DNA of 64,000 nt from Phoronis australis (lineage: Eukaryota > Animalia > Phoronida): the NCBI GenBank assembly GCA_002633005.1, contig NMRA01000211.1:626041-690040 (forward strand), given 5' to 3'. Below, one piece after another: positions 1 to 11,263 of the stretch. Within the stretch, counting starts at the first letter, position 1; each line of letters begins with the position of its first letter. A program made the position numbers and the translations under genes. Below the pieces are notes generated by a model. That model saw only the letters and a list, made by a program, of their open reading frames with translations. It made no database searches and was not told the DNA's origin.

Positions 1-1017
1 CCAACAGATTGTACAATGTTCGGACAAAGATGAAATCCGGAATATTACTGGACATCACTGACTGTCAAATTCATTATCTCCCTCATTTGACTATTTTCCA
101 GCGCGGTTCAAGGCTGAAAAGAAACCTTTATCCTGTTGTAGTGTCAGGCAGCCTTCCTCCCGAAACTGTTCATCCGTCTCCATCGCCTGTGCAGTTCTTG
201 CGGGATATGCTTTGTTGTTCTACTTTCTGCAAAATGACAGGCAGGTTGTAACACTCTCGAATTATACACTTTTTGCAGAACTTCACAGAGCCCAGCCACT
301 ACACAGGTGTGACTGCCGCTGAGTGATCCAATGAGTTTAGCTGAGATAAGTCATTTGACCCATGTAGTGTAATATGTAAAACGACCCTAAGTACAACAAG
401 AAAAAACAATGTGGGTACTTGATTTATTTTTGCCGGATTCCTTTGGACATCAAAAGAATATCATATCAAGACAATAAATGTCGACATAGTGGAACTCATA
501 AAACATAACGACAGGCTATGATTTCCAGAGTTACATAATTCACTGACAGCTGAAGTGAAATGAAATTGGCATGCAGGTTGTCAGTTAAAATTGGAATTTA
601 TAATGCTATAACTGCAGCATTCATCAATATATCTATAGAAAAATACTTCTTGTAATGAACTAAAAAGAAGACGCATAACAACAATAATGGTTGTTGAAAA
701 GTGAAAGTTAATGCGATATTGCATTTTCCGCTTGCAACAGGTACAGGCCAGTAGATGCACATAATCTCGGACTAAACTTAAACTATCTCAAGACGCTACT
801 AGTAAGTGGACTGAACAGCTCTAGGCTAGCCTAGACTCCAACAACGGCGACAGCACAGGTATATCATTTGCCCTTAGGAACACAAGATGCAGGCATAGGA
901 CTACTAAACTTCACCAGTGGGCACAATAAAAAGCTCTGTCTATACTGTACAAAAACAAGTGCTGTTGCTATATTTTGTGGTACATGCATGGTCACAGAGT
1001 TTGTGAATTCCCTGAAA

Positions 1018-2362
1018 GGAGAACCAGTAACTTGCACTGCAGGGTACTGTATTATAATAACAACTGTTGTTTCTAGAGATGCTAACTGGTTCTCGAATCA
1101 TGTATCCACACAACTGACTATTACCGGCACAATGCTACCGTGATAACTTCAAATTCAAACAAAGTAGTAGTAGTACTCACCAGATCCAACAGGAAAGAAC
1201 ATATGCATTGACATTGTTGAGTTCCTGTGGAAGTAAGTTGACTTTAGACATTTCAACCACCATCCACACTTCATGCTTGGCACGCGAGCTACTGCTAATG
1301 AAATGGGTGTTTGCACAGTCTACTTGGTTTCCACAGAATTCCAAGATGAGCCCAGTGTCTTGCCCTTGCCTTGGACGCAGTCACACAGGCGTGACACGGG
1401 TACGGTGAACACGCATTTGTAAATTGTCCGATTCTCGCCAAATTGAGTTGCCGCACAGTCTGTAGGTGCGGTGGATTGGTACTCCGGCACTTTATGTCGC
1501 ATCAAGATTTCACATATGTGCAGAGAACATTCTTTTAAGGTCCCACACACTTCATCACACTCCATCATACTAGCAGTTAACACAGCAAGTCAGAATCAGC
1601 CATTTTGCCACCACTAAAGTGACACCTGTGTGTTGGACACTGGGTTCACGAAAAACGTGGAATTTTAATTAAAAAGGAAAAATATCTTAAACACTTGCAC
1701 CTGACTTAATGACACTAAACTAAATATTAATAAACCAACTTTTGAATCAAAATTATGCACTTTACTGGTGTTGTAACGATTCACAGGTATCGGTATTGAA
1801 GGTAATTTCTACTCAGGTGGTTGTCACAATCTTGCAATTCCTATAGAAAAATGCTCAGCGCCAAAAGATCTTATTGTACTAATCAACAGCAATAAGATAG
1901 AAACGTCTTGCGTAAAAGTCTGGTGTTGATCAGTGTTGTGCCAGCTGAGATATACGGGCTCAAAATGTGGCAAAATTGCAATGCCTTGTTAACCTCTGAC
2001 CCCTCTATACTTTATGCCTAAAATTTTTAACTTAACGGCAGAGTTAATGAGTATTGTTTAACATGCTTGTGAAGCCGAAGACTTGCTTTATTTATAAATT
2101 ACAAACAAATAATGATCTTGTTCGCCGGTATTTTTTATTATGCAGTTCAAATAAGGCATTTTCGGCGAGTTCATTGCATGGTATACCCCCAAAATAGAGG
2201 CTCCCTGATCTCTCCCCCTTACACAAGGTAAAATGAGATTGGACTTTACTGTTTTGCTTATCATCATAAAGGTAACTAAAATGCATAGTTTGGTTCAAAT
2301 CGGTGACATTGGGTTTATCACCCCTCTGGGAATTTTTGCCTGCTGTGAGCCGGACTTCACTC
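1018..2362 (-). mobile_element. Non-autonomous TTAA-specific DNA transposon (Sola3- or Kolobok-like), partial copy
   Basis: Reverse complement aligns with 44953-46385. Ends CTC|TTAA at 2360-2366. Left end not identified. Confidence 0.7.
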
Positions 2363-5300
2363 TTAAATTCTAATAGAAGTGACGAAGCTACTGAGATGGT
2401 TTCAATCAATTAAATCTAGAGTTTGATGCATGCGCTAATAATTACTTGGCCTGCCCTTATTTCCGCAATTATGAAATGTAAGTCTTAAGTAACTTTCCTG
2501 AAACCGATCCCAGGTCTAGATACGAGGAACCGGTAATAATCTGTTTACCCCAAATATTGAGCTATAAACTCTGCACAATTCGTTCAAGAAAAGAGAAAGC
2601 ATTCAATCGTTGTTGTGTTCCTCGTCAGTCATGTCTATGTCTCACTGTGAATCAAATCAGACAGGTGAGCTTCGTCTATAGAACACTCCAACATTCCCAT
2701 CACTTTTTCCTGCCTTATCGATACTCCCACGAGAAGTAAACGCCTCGATTTTCACCTGGTATTTACTTGTCCGGCTAAACTTGGGCGACTATGTCATTAT
2801 TACGAAGAAGTAAATATTTCATATATAAAGATGTTCACATTTATTCCGTAAGCAACGTCAGACTGTTTCAAATGCGAATAATTATCTAATGCTGTAGAAG
2901 TGGATGAAATAATTTTGCAACAGGTATGTGATTGTCTGTTACAACTGCATCACTCAAACCGATTTCATATGAGTGAAAACGCTATCATGACGCTGCAAAA
3001 TAAATCTTTGAAACAGTCACATACCAGTATCAATTTTCAAGCCTACAATGTGCGGAGCTTTCAAATTTGTTCCTTAATTATATGATATCTAAATGCATAT
3101 TTACACCACTTCTAGCCTATTTACATTGATATGACCTTTCAATCGGCCATCTCTTCTGCCACCTACAGGTGTTACAATGTTCGTAGAAGAACGAGCAAGC
3201 GTACCTCGTGTACTCTTGGCGGGCACTTGGAACACACTTTTCCTGCAATATTTGAAACAGGAAAAATGTGTAATCCAAGTGCCCAGATACCTATGCTTTC
3301 TTCTGAGAAAGCTTTAGTACCTGGAGATGGTTGGAGACGTGTCTGTTCCAATGTAAATAGGCTAGAGATTGTTGTAAATAGACCAAGAGAAGTGATGAAA
3401 TATCATCACCTCAAAGCAGTATCAAGAAGTCATACTGCTAAGTTTTGATGATTGACGAGCTTGGCTACAGTAAAGTATTCTATTGCAAATGCTGAAGTCC
3501 AATTGGATTACGTGGTATAGGACATGGCCGAATTAAACATGATCAGTGATTATAAATTAGGTAAAATACTAGCGAAATTATATTGGCGACATGGATGCCA
3601 ATTCAAACGCAGCAATTATTACTGCTTTACAGGCATTTGCCAGAAGCTTCGAGTTTAGGCGTTTAGAGCATAGACTGACGAAAAATGACCTACAACAATC
3701 CAGTTGTGGGGGAAGCTTTTCTAATTTCAGATGATCAAAACCTGCAAGCGATGGCTAGCAAAAGCGGCCTCTGCGAATAAAGACGGCAGATACCAATCGT
3801 AATCGGCACGAGTATAAACCGTCGCAGTTGCACAATTAGTAACAATCCTTAAATTGTCAGTTTGTCCAGACCTTTGGAGCTGTCGTATTAGCTGCTGCCG
3901 ATAGGCTGTGGGTTTTATGGTTGGAGAAATCGATGTAACACTCAAACTGCGACAGTTTGTGCAGATTGTCGAGTCAATATAATCAAAATGAAATTGGATA
4001 CCATGACAATTTATTCAAGTCTTCGAAGTCTTGAGGAAAACACTGCCATGAAATAGGACAAAACGAACACCTGTGCCGTCTAAACGACACATTTTACAGC
4101 AGCCGGAGAAACCTGTGGAAAATCAGATCCCATGGACACCTCGCCGCCCTCCGTCTGGCAAGACGGAGGGCGGCGGTGGCCAAACACAGGTGAGGAACAC
4201 TCACTGAGATCATGGATAGCCCTTGATTGTACCGTCTTGCGAACCTGGTGTGCATTCCTCGTCAGCCGCTGTGGACAGCACCGCAACGTAGCATTCGCTG
4301 TCCCGGCAAAAAAGTCCCACGGTCCTGGTTGTGGGCCGTTGCTACATCACGGTACGGTTGCCGAACGCACTGGAGAAGATCTGAGTGCGGACGATATCGG
4401 CGACCACGAGAGAAGATGGCAACACGGGCCAGTAGGCTTGGGCTATTTTCGATTTCGGGATGCATGATATCCGAGGATGGTTCATTACCCACGGCCGACC
4501 GACAAGTTTTGAGTGGTCACCCCAGGCCAACGCTTTGCAGAAGACGTCCTTAGAAATTATTCGCAATCCGGAGACCTGATTTAGAAAAGATTTCAAAGAC
4601 TCACCTCTGAAATAGTAGACACAGATGGCCAATACTGAACAGTAAATTTTGCGGGACTTCGACATTTCTTCAAAGACCCACTTCCAAAACCAGCAATGAA
4701 AAAATAACAATATCAAACGCAGGTAGATCGCATGCAATAAGAGAAAACGCATAATAGGATCTGAGCGTCATACATAAGGACACTCAAATCAAATTGATAC
4801 ATCATATTTCTTTGCATCCTTCACGTGACATGGGAGATAAATCTGGAGGCATTCTGTGTAGTGCTGAAAGTGTAAGTCACAGAAGTGCTTGTATAAGTCA
4901 GTTTAAGGGGCTGTGGACATTGAAAGGTATACTTATGGATAGACCTTGGATGTATGACCAAATTTAAGAAATCTCCAGAATTGGCTTTTTCATTTTTATT
5001 GTTTTGAAATGTCCCAACATTGCGTATCATACTCTCTTTAACGTGAAACTTGCACGCTAATTCCTTACTTGTATCTCTGTGCTGGCTTGGTCAACTTTGT
5101 TAGAAACACAACACACAGCAGCGATGTGAATATGAAGTAGGCTGGAAAGTGCCAAACATTTTTAAGAAAGAATTTTGCATCGAAATGATCTGCAGTAAAT
5201 CACTCAAAAGTATCCTTTAAGTATCTTGATGTGGTGTTGATGATGCGGGCTATGTGAACCCGCGAAGTACGACATTAGTGCAAAGTTCATCTATTTGCAG

Positions 5301-6571
5301 ATTTTTTTGTTTTCACATCTAAAAGTTGTCAGTGAATACAACTGCACTTCGCTTAGCGTAGATAAATGCACAAAACGTACCGAGAGTGGCGTACATGAAG
5401 TAATTAACCACTCGACATTATTCCGCGTATCGACCTCGACCGAATATTTGTATTTATCCCATACGCTTCGAATTCCTAAGTTTCTTTCATATTTTCGGTA
5501 GATTTTTTAAATACTTCACTCAGACTGTTCACGTGGCGGAGCACATCCTATATGTATGCACTTGCGCGTTATGTTGCAATTTTTGTCTAGTAAAAGAAAA
5601 AATTTTAAATGTAACCATTTATTACTTGAAAAGATATAACAAACATGAATGCAACGGTAACTGTGCAGTGAACTTGTAACATTTCCTGAAAATAGTTTAG
5701 TAACGACAATATTTCATGTTGTAGCTACCGAGGAATCGACGCCTGAGTTGTAGACGACATCATATTACAAATTGAAAACTGAGACAGAACTGTCATATAA
5801 TGAACAGTCCTGTTCTGGATGTTACGACTGAGACCTGATTGCATGTTAAGTGTTACTCAAACTGTTGTAATTGCATTACTTTAAACTATTTTCCGAAACT
5901 TTGATGATCGAACCAGCTATCGACGTAGAGTCGACATTGGCCTACCTTTTGAACTTTCCATGTCAGAGGTCGCTGTTGAAGTAGTGCGGGAGGTGAATAC
6001 GGAAAACATTATCACATGGCCGTATTTCCCCCGAGTGATTCAACGTGTATTGGATAATGTTTAAATAGCATAGTCGTTTAGTTCCTGCTATACATTATTT
6101 TAGTTAGGAGCATGCAAATACATCTTTAATGAAATGTAATTTTTGTAACCTCAATACATTTAAATTGGTTTCAAGCAGAAAGTAGTAATGAGGAGCAACG
6201 TTAAATGCTGTTCTAAATTACGCCAGTTCATGCTTTGAAGGCTTAAACACACTTTCGCAATTGATAATTAGTTCAACTATACAAACCACAAATTGTCACA
6301 GAGAAAAAACAAACGACATTCTGAGCTTCGAAGGACAGCACCAACTGGACATTGCGGCAGTTTGTGTGACGTTTTGTCTAGACACTCCGAATATTCGTAT
6401 ACCACTATCGTATCCGACTGATGCAAGTGTGAAGACAAGTATTCTGAAACGAACTAAAAGATGTATGCAGTCACACACGACAACTGGGGTGTTTAAATAA
6501 TGGTTCAGAAGTCATACATGAAGTCGCATGAGTGTGCAAAAAAGACTATAAGCCACAATGCAGAAACTAAC

Positions 6572-6793
6572 CATTGACGGTAACATCGCACAGCGTAAGT
6601 GTTTCTGATGTCCCAGGTATCTGTATAATCAGGTAGGTAGGGTCCGTACACGGGGGATGGGTCACACAAAATCGCCAAGGTCTGCCCTGTGGGAAAACTC
6701 CATCTCAAACCTTGAACAACACGCAATGACCTTGTACTGCAGCTGGAGCGGATATGTTGGACACTTTGATCTCAAAATCGTGCAATCGCTTCT
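6572..6793 (-). pseudogene. Frameshifted F-type lectin C-half exon
   Basis: AG acceptor (6794-95) and GT donor (6570-71). Pieces read EKRLHDFEIKVSN... / SFPTGQTLAILCDPSPVYGPYL / LIIQIPGTSETLTLCDVTVN, homologous to exon 25488-25729. Broken by two frameshifts (one a CTAC duplication), with a TGA in the first frame. Confidence 0.85.
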
Positions 6794-8840
6794 CTAAAAT
6801 GGAGACGAGTTATGTTAAAACAAAACTGGTTCCGATCTGTTGGGCGACTCCTTTTGAAACCTGTATCTCACATCTGGCCTCATGTTACCGCGGATCATAG
6901 AACTTTAGACATGAAGTGCCAACTTAGGTCGTGTCGTTGATGTTGCGCTAGATTTGTTTGCATTTGTTTGTTCAGGTGTTGTTTCTTGGTATGAAATATA
7001 GGGCTTAAGGTGAAATATTTTTAGCGCATTCAGAACTACTATCACGTAAAGCGTGTTTTGAACTTATTTCATCTATATCTTCGGAGTGTTTTCAGAGCTA
7101 ATGACCCCAAACATTGTCAAATGTAAAATTATCTGCTTGCGATTCTGCGATTTGGGAAGCCGGCCGTAGGTATTATTACAATAATTTCGAAAGTTTACAA
7201 TTTCTTTAAAATCTATTCACATGATCAAGCACCATCTGAGCTCAGATGTGTTACCAAGTTCATGTACGTAGGACAAATAATAACAAATACATATTTTATC
7301 ACTTGGGCAAAAAGCAAAGATGTCACCTTCAATAATACTTTTCGCAACTCCCCCGTTTTTCCACCGATTTGCATAACATGGGTGTCATTAGAAAGCCTTT
7401 CATCAACCGTTGGTAGGGTATGATTATACCCAGAAGCAAAAGAAAAATAATAAACGTCATAAATAGTAATCGTGTTGTATAAAATAAGTTGGAATGATGC
7501 CTTCTGCGATGCACAAAGGGTGCTTAGGCCTCAGTCACAGATAGGCCTATTTCACTAATCACCTGATGAAGACTCACTGGATCTCACAGCATAGTCTTGT
7601 TCGTGAGTAAAGTCTTCCTGTTTTTCTCAGGTAATTAGAAATGTCGTTAAATGTGCATGATGTCTACCAGGCAAGTTATACGTCCATCAAGCAGAAGATT
7701 GCAAAAATCCTGATAAACATGGCAAATTTACATTAGATGTGATTCTCAGCTTCCAAGGTACACTTATGGCAGTTTGAAAAGGCCACTTGTCCTGTGATGT
7801 TTTGGTGGCGAGCGAAGTTGCAGTGCCTAAAATTACTTCATCTGCCGAATAGCCAGCCTATCTAAGCATAGGGGTCTTTTAGAACCTGTTGGCTCAATAA
7901 GATTTGGAAAATAAGCTTTGTATGTCTACACGTAGAGCTCATCATCTACCACGCATCCGCTCACAATTTAAACACGCATTGTTTTACATTTTTAGGTCAA
8001 TTTAAACAGCTAGGGACGCTTTGTTTGTGCTATTGAACCTTTCAAGAATAATACTACAGAGCTTGGAGTTTCAAATCACTCCATCTTATCAGCCAGTGAA
8101 CAGGCTTCATGTCCCCGCGTTTCAGGCGTTTGCTGTAGGTCGCCCTCAAGTTCTCTTAGGCAACTTTGAATATATTGTGTTCTACTACGAGGATTTTAGT
8201 AGCATCCGCTTTTGCGGAACACCAAGAGCCGATTTCAAAAAGGAGGTTGAACAAAACCTGGTTTAAGGCCTTAACCTGGTCTTTATAAACCTGGTCTATT
8301 TTTAGACTTAACTTGCATTTAACCAATGTCGTTTAAAAGTCCAAAAGCCTGGTTTTGTTAAACCAGGCTTAAAGTCACCCTCTTGTGTCCTAAATGACTG
8401 AACGAAATATTTGCCTCATCAAGTTACTCATTGTTTACTTACATGCCTGCTTGATGAGTTCATTGTGTTGAAAGCTAAGATGATTTAGTTGATACCTGGA
8501 ATAAAACTGATTAGCGCGAACGCTATGGTCAAAAGTGATGAAATTAAAACTACGTTCACAAACGACTAATAATACAACTGCAACAAACTTACAAACTAAA
8601 ATGAACACTGATACTGAAATACTACATAGTAACACGTTAAGAAAATACTTTCTTATAAACTATTAAGGAACACTGCAATCTAAATCACACCATAGACTAT
8701 AGTACATGGACCGCCAACTCCGTATACTTTCAATGGACGAAATCTGTGAGCTTGCGCACAAGCCCTTACGTCATTATTCACTGGCGACACCTGGCTAAAT
8801 TATCTGGTGTAATTTCCGGCAAGTACGTCGTCTGCTAATC

Positions 8841-9062
8841 ATGGTCGGCTGCTGTGTGGCCGGTTGTTCGGCTACGCAGGCGAAATGCAGAGGCGTTAGC
8901 TTCCATAGTGTACGGAGACCCCAAAATCCGCTGTGGGAGAAAAAGTTATGTTCTTGCGTCGACGTGAATGGAAGTTGTTCTTCCAAAAAAAACTTGTACA
9001 TTTGTTCACGTCACTTCGAAGATGGGTGTTTTTTAAGAGGCTCTGGTAGGCCTACTACTTAA
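8841..9062 (+). pseudogene. Truncated THAP zinc finger (transposase N-terminus)
   Basis: MVGCCVAGC...FH...W...LYICSRHF matches the C2CH THAP pattern. Stops before the AVPTIF box, and no catalytic domain follows. Confidence 0.8.
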
Positions 9063-10530
9063 TCCTGTCTTCACAAATCCATTTTTCTTTTCTCCGTTTT
9101 GATGAAAACTATCTGGTAAACTTTTTGACGAAAAATGTCCGCTAAATTTCTTCCAATGGTAGTGACTGGTGAACTCTTGTCCTTACGAGGACCTTCAGCC
9201 ATAGTCTAGTGAGCGAATTAACCAAATTACTCTTAGGTGGCCCTGATCAGACGGTTGGTCTCAGCATAATGCGCAGATTTGGCCAGGATTTGGATCAGCG
9301 ATTTCAACAAATTCACATTCGTGTACAAATAAATAGGACGCTAGTAAAACCTTTAACATAAATAAAGATTACATTAATACTTCAGAAATAAATACCTGGA
9401 CCTGTCAAAATCTATCCCGCAATTCAACAGCAGGTTACATACTCAATTATTTATGTCGACTGTATGCCGCACAAAACTTGAACCATCTTAGCCAAGTACG
9501 CTGCAGTCTATGAAAATACCAGAATAACGAAAAACCTCGGAAGCAAGGGAAATGAACCCTAAGAGGTAGCAAGCAAGATAAAGGGGGTGGTAGGGACGTG
9601 AAGCTGACGTGTGCTAATTTTCAATTTCATACTTTTATGTGGCATTTTCATAATTTTGATTTGAGATGTCAACTCAGATCAAACGGTTTGAAAGTTCGGA
9701 TTTTTAATTTGTAATGAACTTGAGTTGCACTGCACGTGACCTTTTATGAATTTACCGTAGTTGGCTACAGACAGGCCCACCTTTATAAAAACTAGCAACG
9801 TAGACAAACGCATGCGCGCACCCAGGGGAAAAGTCCAAGAGAAAGAGACGAAAGTCCACAATACGGCAGCACCCCGTTTTTTATTTTAGTTCTCACGCTT
9901 TTTGTTAGCAAAAGGTCCACTTTGCCAGAGATTCGAGCCCCCGTATTAGAGGCTGGGTGCGCGCATGAAACGTCTACACAAATTGCACCCAATGCAGCTC
10001 CTGGTTTAAACGCGGGCTTCTTTTTCAAAGTTTGGTCAGGTATAAATAACGCCACAAACATGGAGGTTCACTGAAACACGTCTACCTTACAGATGTGACA
10101 ATCCCTAGCCACGGAAAACTTGAGAGGCCGACAAAAATACTAATGATGAAATACCGGTGATGATAATCATCCACTTTGTTAATTTACTTCACCTACACAA
10201 TTGGAAATAGCCGCTAAAATGAAACTCATTCGAGTAAGCACCACGTCATGCGCGCCACTCAGAGGGGGGGCGAGCCCCCCCCTCCCGCTCTCTTGTTAAC
10301 AACAGTTCCATAACGTCAGGAATTCGAGCCCCCCATTTTGAAGACTGGGTGCGCGCATGCACGTGAGTCCCTGGACAGCCCCAATATGGTAAAACCCAAG
10401 GAGCTCAAGTCGGGGTTAAATCAGGATGGGCATAAATAAGGAAATTTACTGTATCAACAGATTAGACAAATAAGAATAAGATACAAAGCATTGATACAGT
10501 GTACACGCGCACAATAACTGGGTCTATCAA

Positions 10531-10636
10531 TTTTCCCGCCGCAAGCGATTGAACCAATCGGATCACCAATGGCGCAAACCTTTCGAAAACAAGCCTAATT
10601 TTTAGGGAGTCTGTTACTGCTCTTTATATTTTCAAA
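10531..10636 (+). promoter_or_regulatory. Cell-cycle-type promoter: E2F site, two CCAAT boxes, CHR-like and TATA-like elements
   Basis: TTTTCCCGCC 10531-40; CCAAT 10554-58 and 10566-70; GGCGCAAA 10571-78; TTTCGAAA 10581-88; TTTATATT about 10623. All lie 115-220 bp upstream of the ORF at 10750. Confidence 0.5.
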
Positions 10637-10749
10637 ACTTTAATTTGTTATAGTTAATTTATTTGCTGTGCACCTCAATGAGACCAGTTCATATATATGC
10701 ATTTAACACTATTAATACATTGTAAAACCATAGATTATGCACTATCAAC

Positions 10750-11175
10750 ATGAGCCAAAAACAGTACACCCCTTTATTAAAAAATGGGTTAAAGGTTAGA
10801 AACAAAGGACGAGAGCGTAGACAAGTTTCCATCACTTGCAACGTCGATTTTTTTACGATGGACGTTGGAGAAGAACATCAGTCTGGTGACAGCAACACGG
10901 AATCGCACAAAGGCGATGATTTTCGAAATTTGATTCGTTGTGTTGTTTGTCATTTTTTTCCTACAGTTCAGGATTATTTGTGGATACAGGAACAAGAACT
11001 GAACGATGCAGGGTTCGTGACAACGTTGGTGAACGGTAATATCTATCTAAGGTGTTACAACTGTCATCGATATTGTCATCTCCTCTGTTTTCATCCAACC
11101 TTCCCAGATGAAAACTTGAATGAAGAGGACCTTCAGTACTTGAGTGACCATGGTATACTGTGTGATTTATGTTGA
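10750..11175 (+). CDS. Small intronless PHD-finger-like (C4HC3) protein
   Basis: C-x2-C-x34-C-x2-C-x4-H-x2-C-x24-C-x2-C (CVVC...CYNCHRYCHLLC...CDLC) ends at the stop. Uninterrupted 141-aa ORF, with an alternative ATG at 10858. Confidence 0.7.
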   Translation: MSQKQYTPLLKNGLKVRNKGRERRQVSITCNVDFFTMDVGEEHQSGDSNTESHKGDDFRNLIRCVVCHFFPTVQDYLWIQEQELNDAGFVTTLVNGNIYLRCYNCHRYCHLLCFHPTFPDENLNEEDLQYLSDHGILCDLC

Positions 11176-11185
11176 ATTATTCAAC

Positions 11186-11263
11186 GGTTCTTTTAAGAAC
11201 CATTTCACGCTATACCTACAACCAACGGCCCTTTTAAGGGCCACTTAACACTTCCCAGAAGAA
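11186..11263 (+). terminator. Two tandem histone-type 3' stem-loops plus a candidate purine-rich histone downstream element (HDE)
   Basis: CAAC-GGTTCT-TTTA-AGAACC-A (stem-loop 11186-11201) and CCAAC-GGCCCT-TTTA-AGGGCC-AC (stem-loop 11227-11242). Each has a 6-bp stem and 4-nt loop, as in the metazoan SLBP-binding site. CAGAAGAA at 11256-63. Confidence 0.75.

Noticed and set aside
4080-4560. GC-richer patch with overlapping ORFs on both strands
   Set aside because: No recognisable domain in any frame; probably decayed transposon sequence.
7562-7620. CTGATGA followed by a hairpin, a possible second hammerhead
   Set aside because: No GAAA core at the required position.
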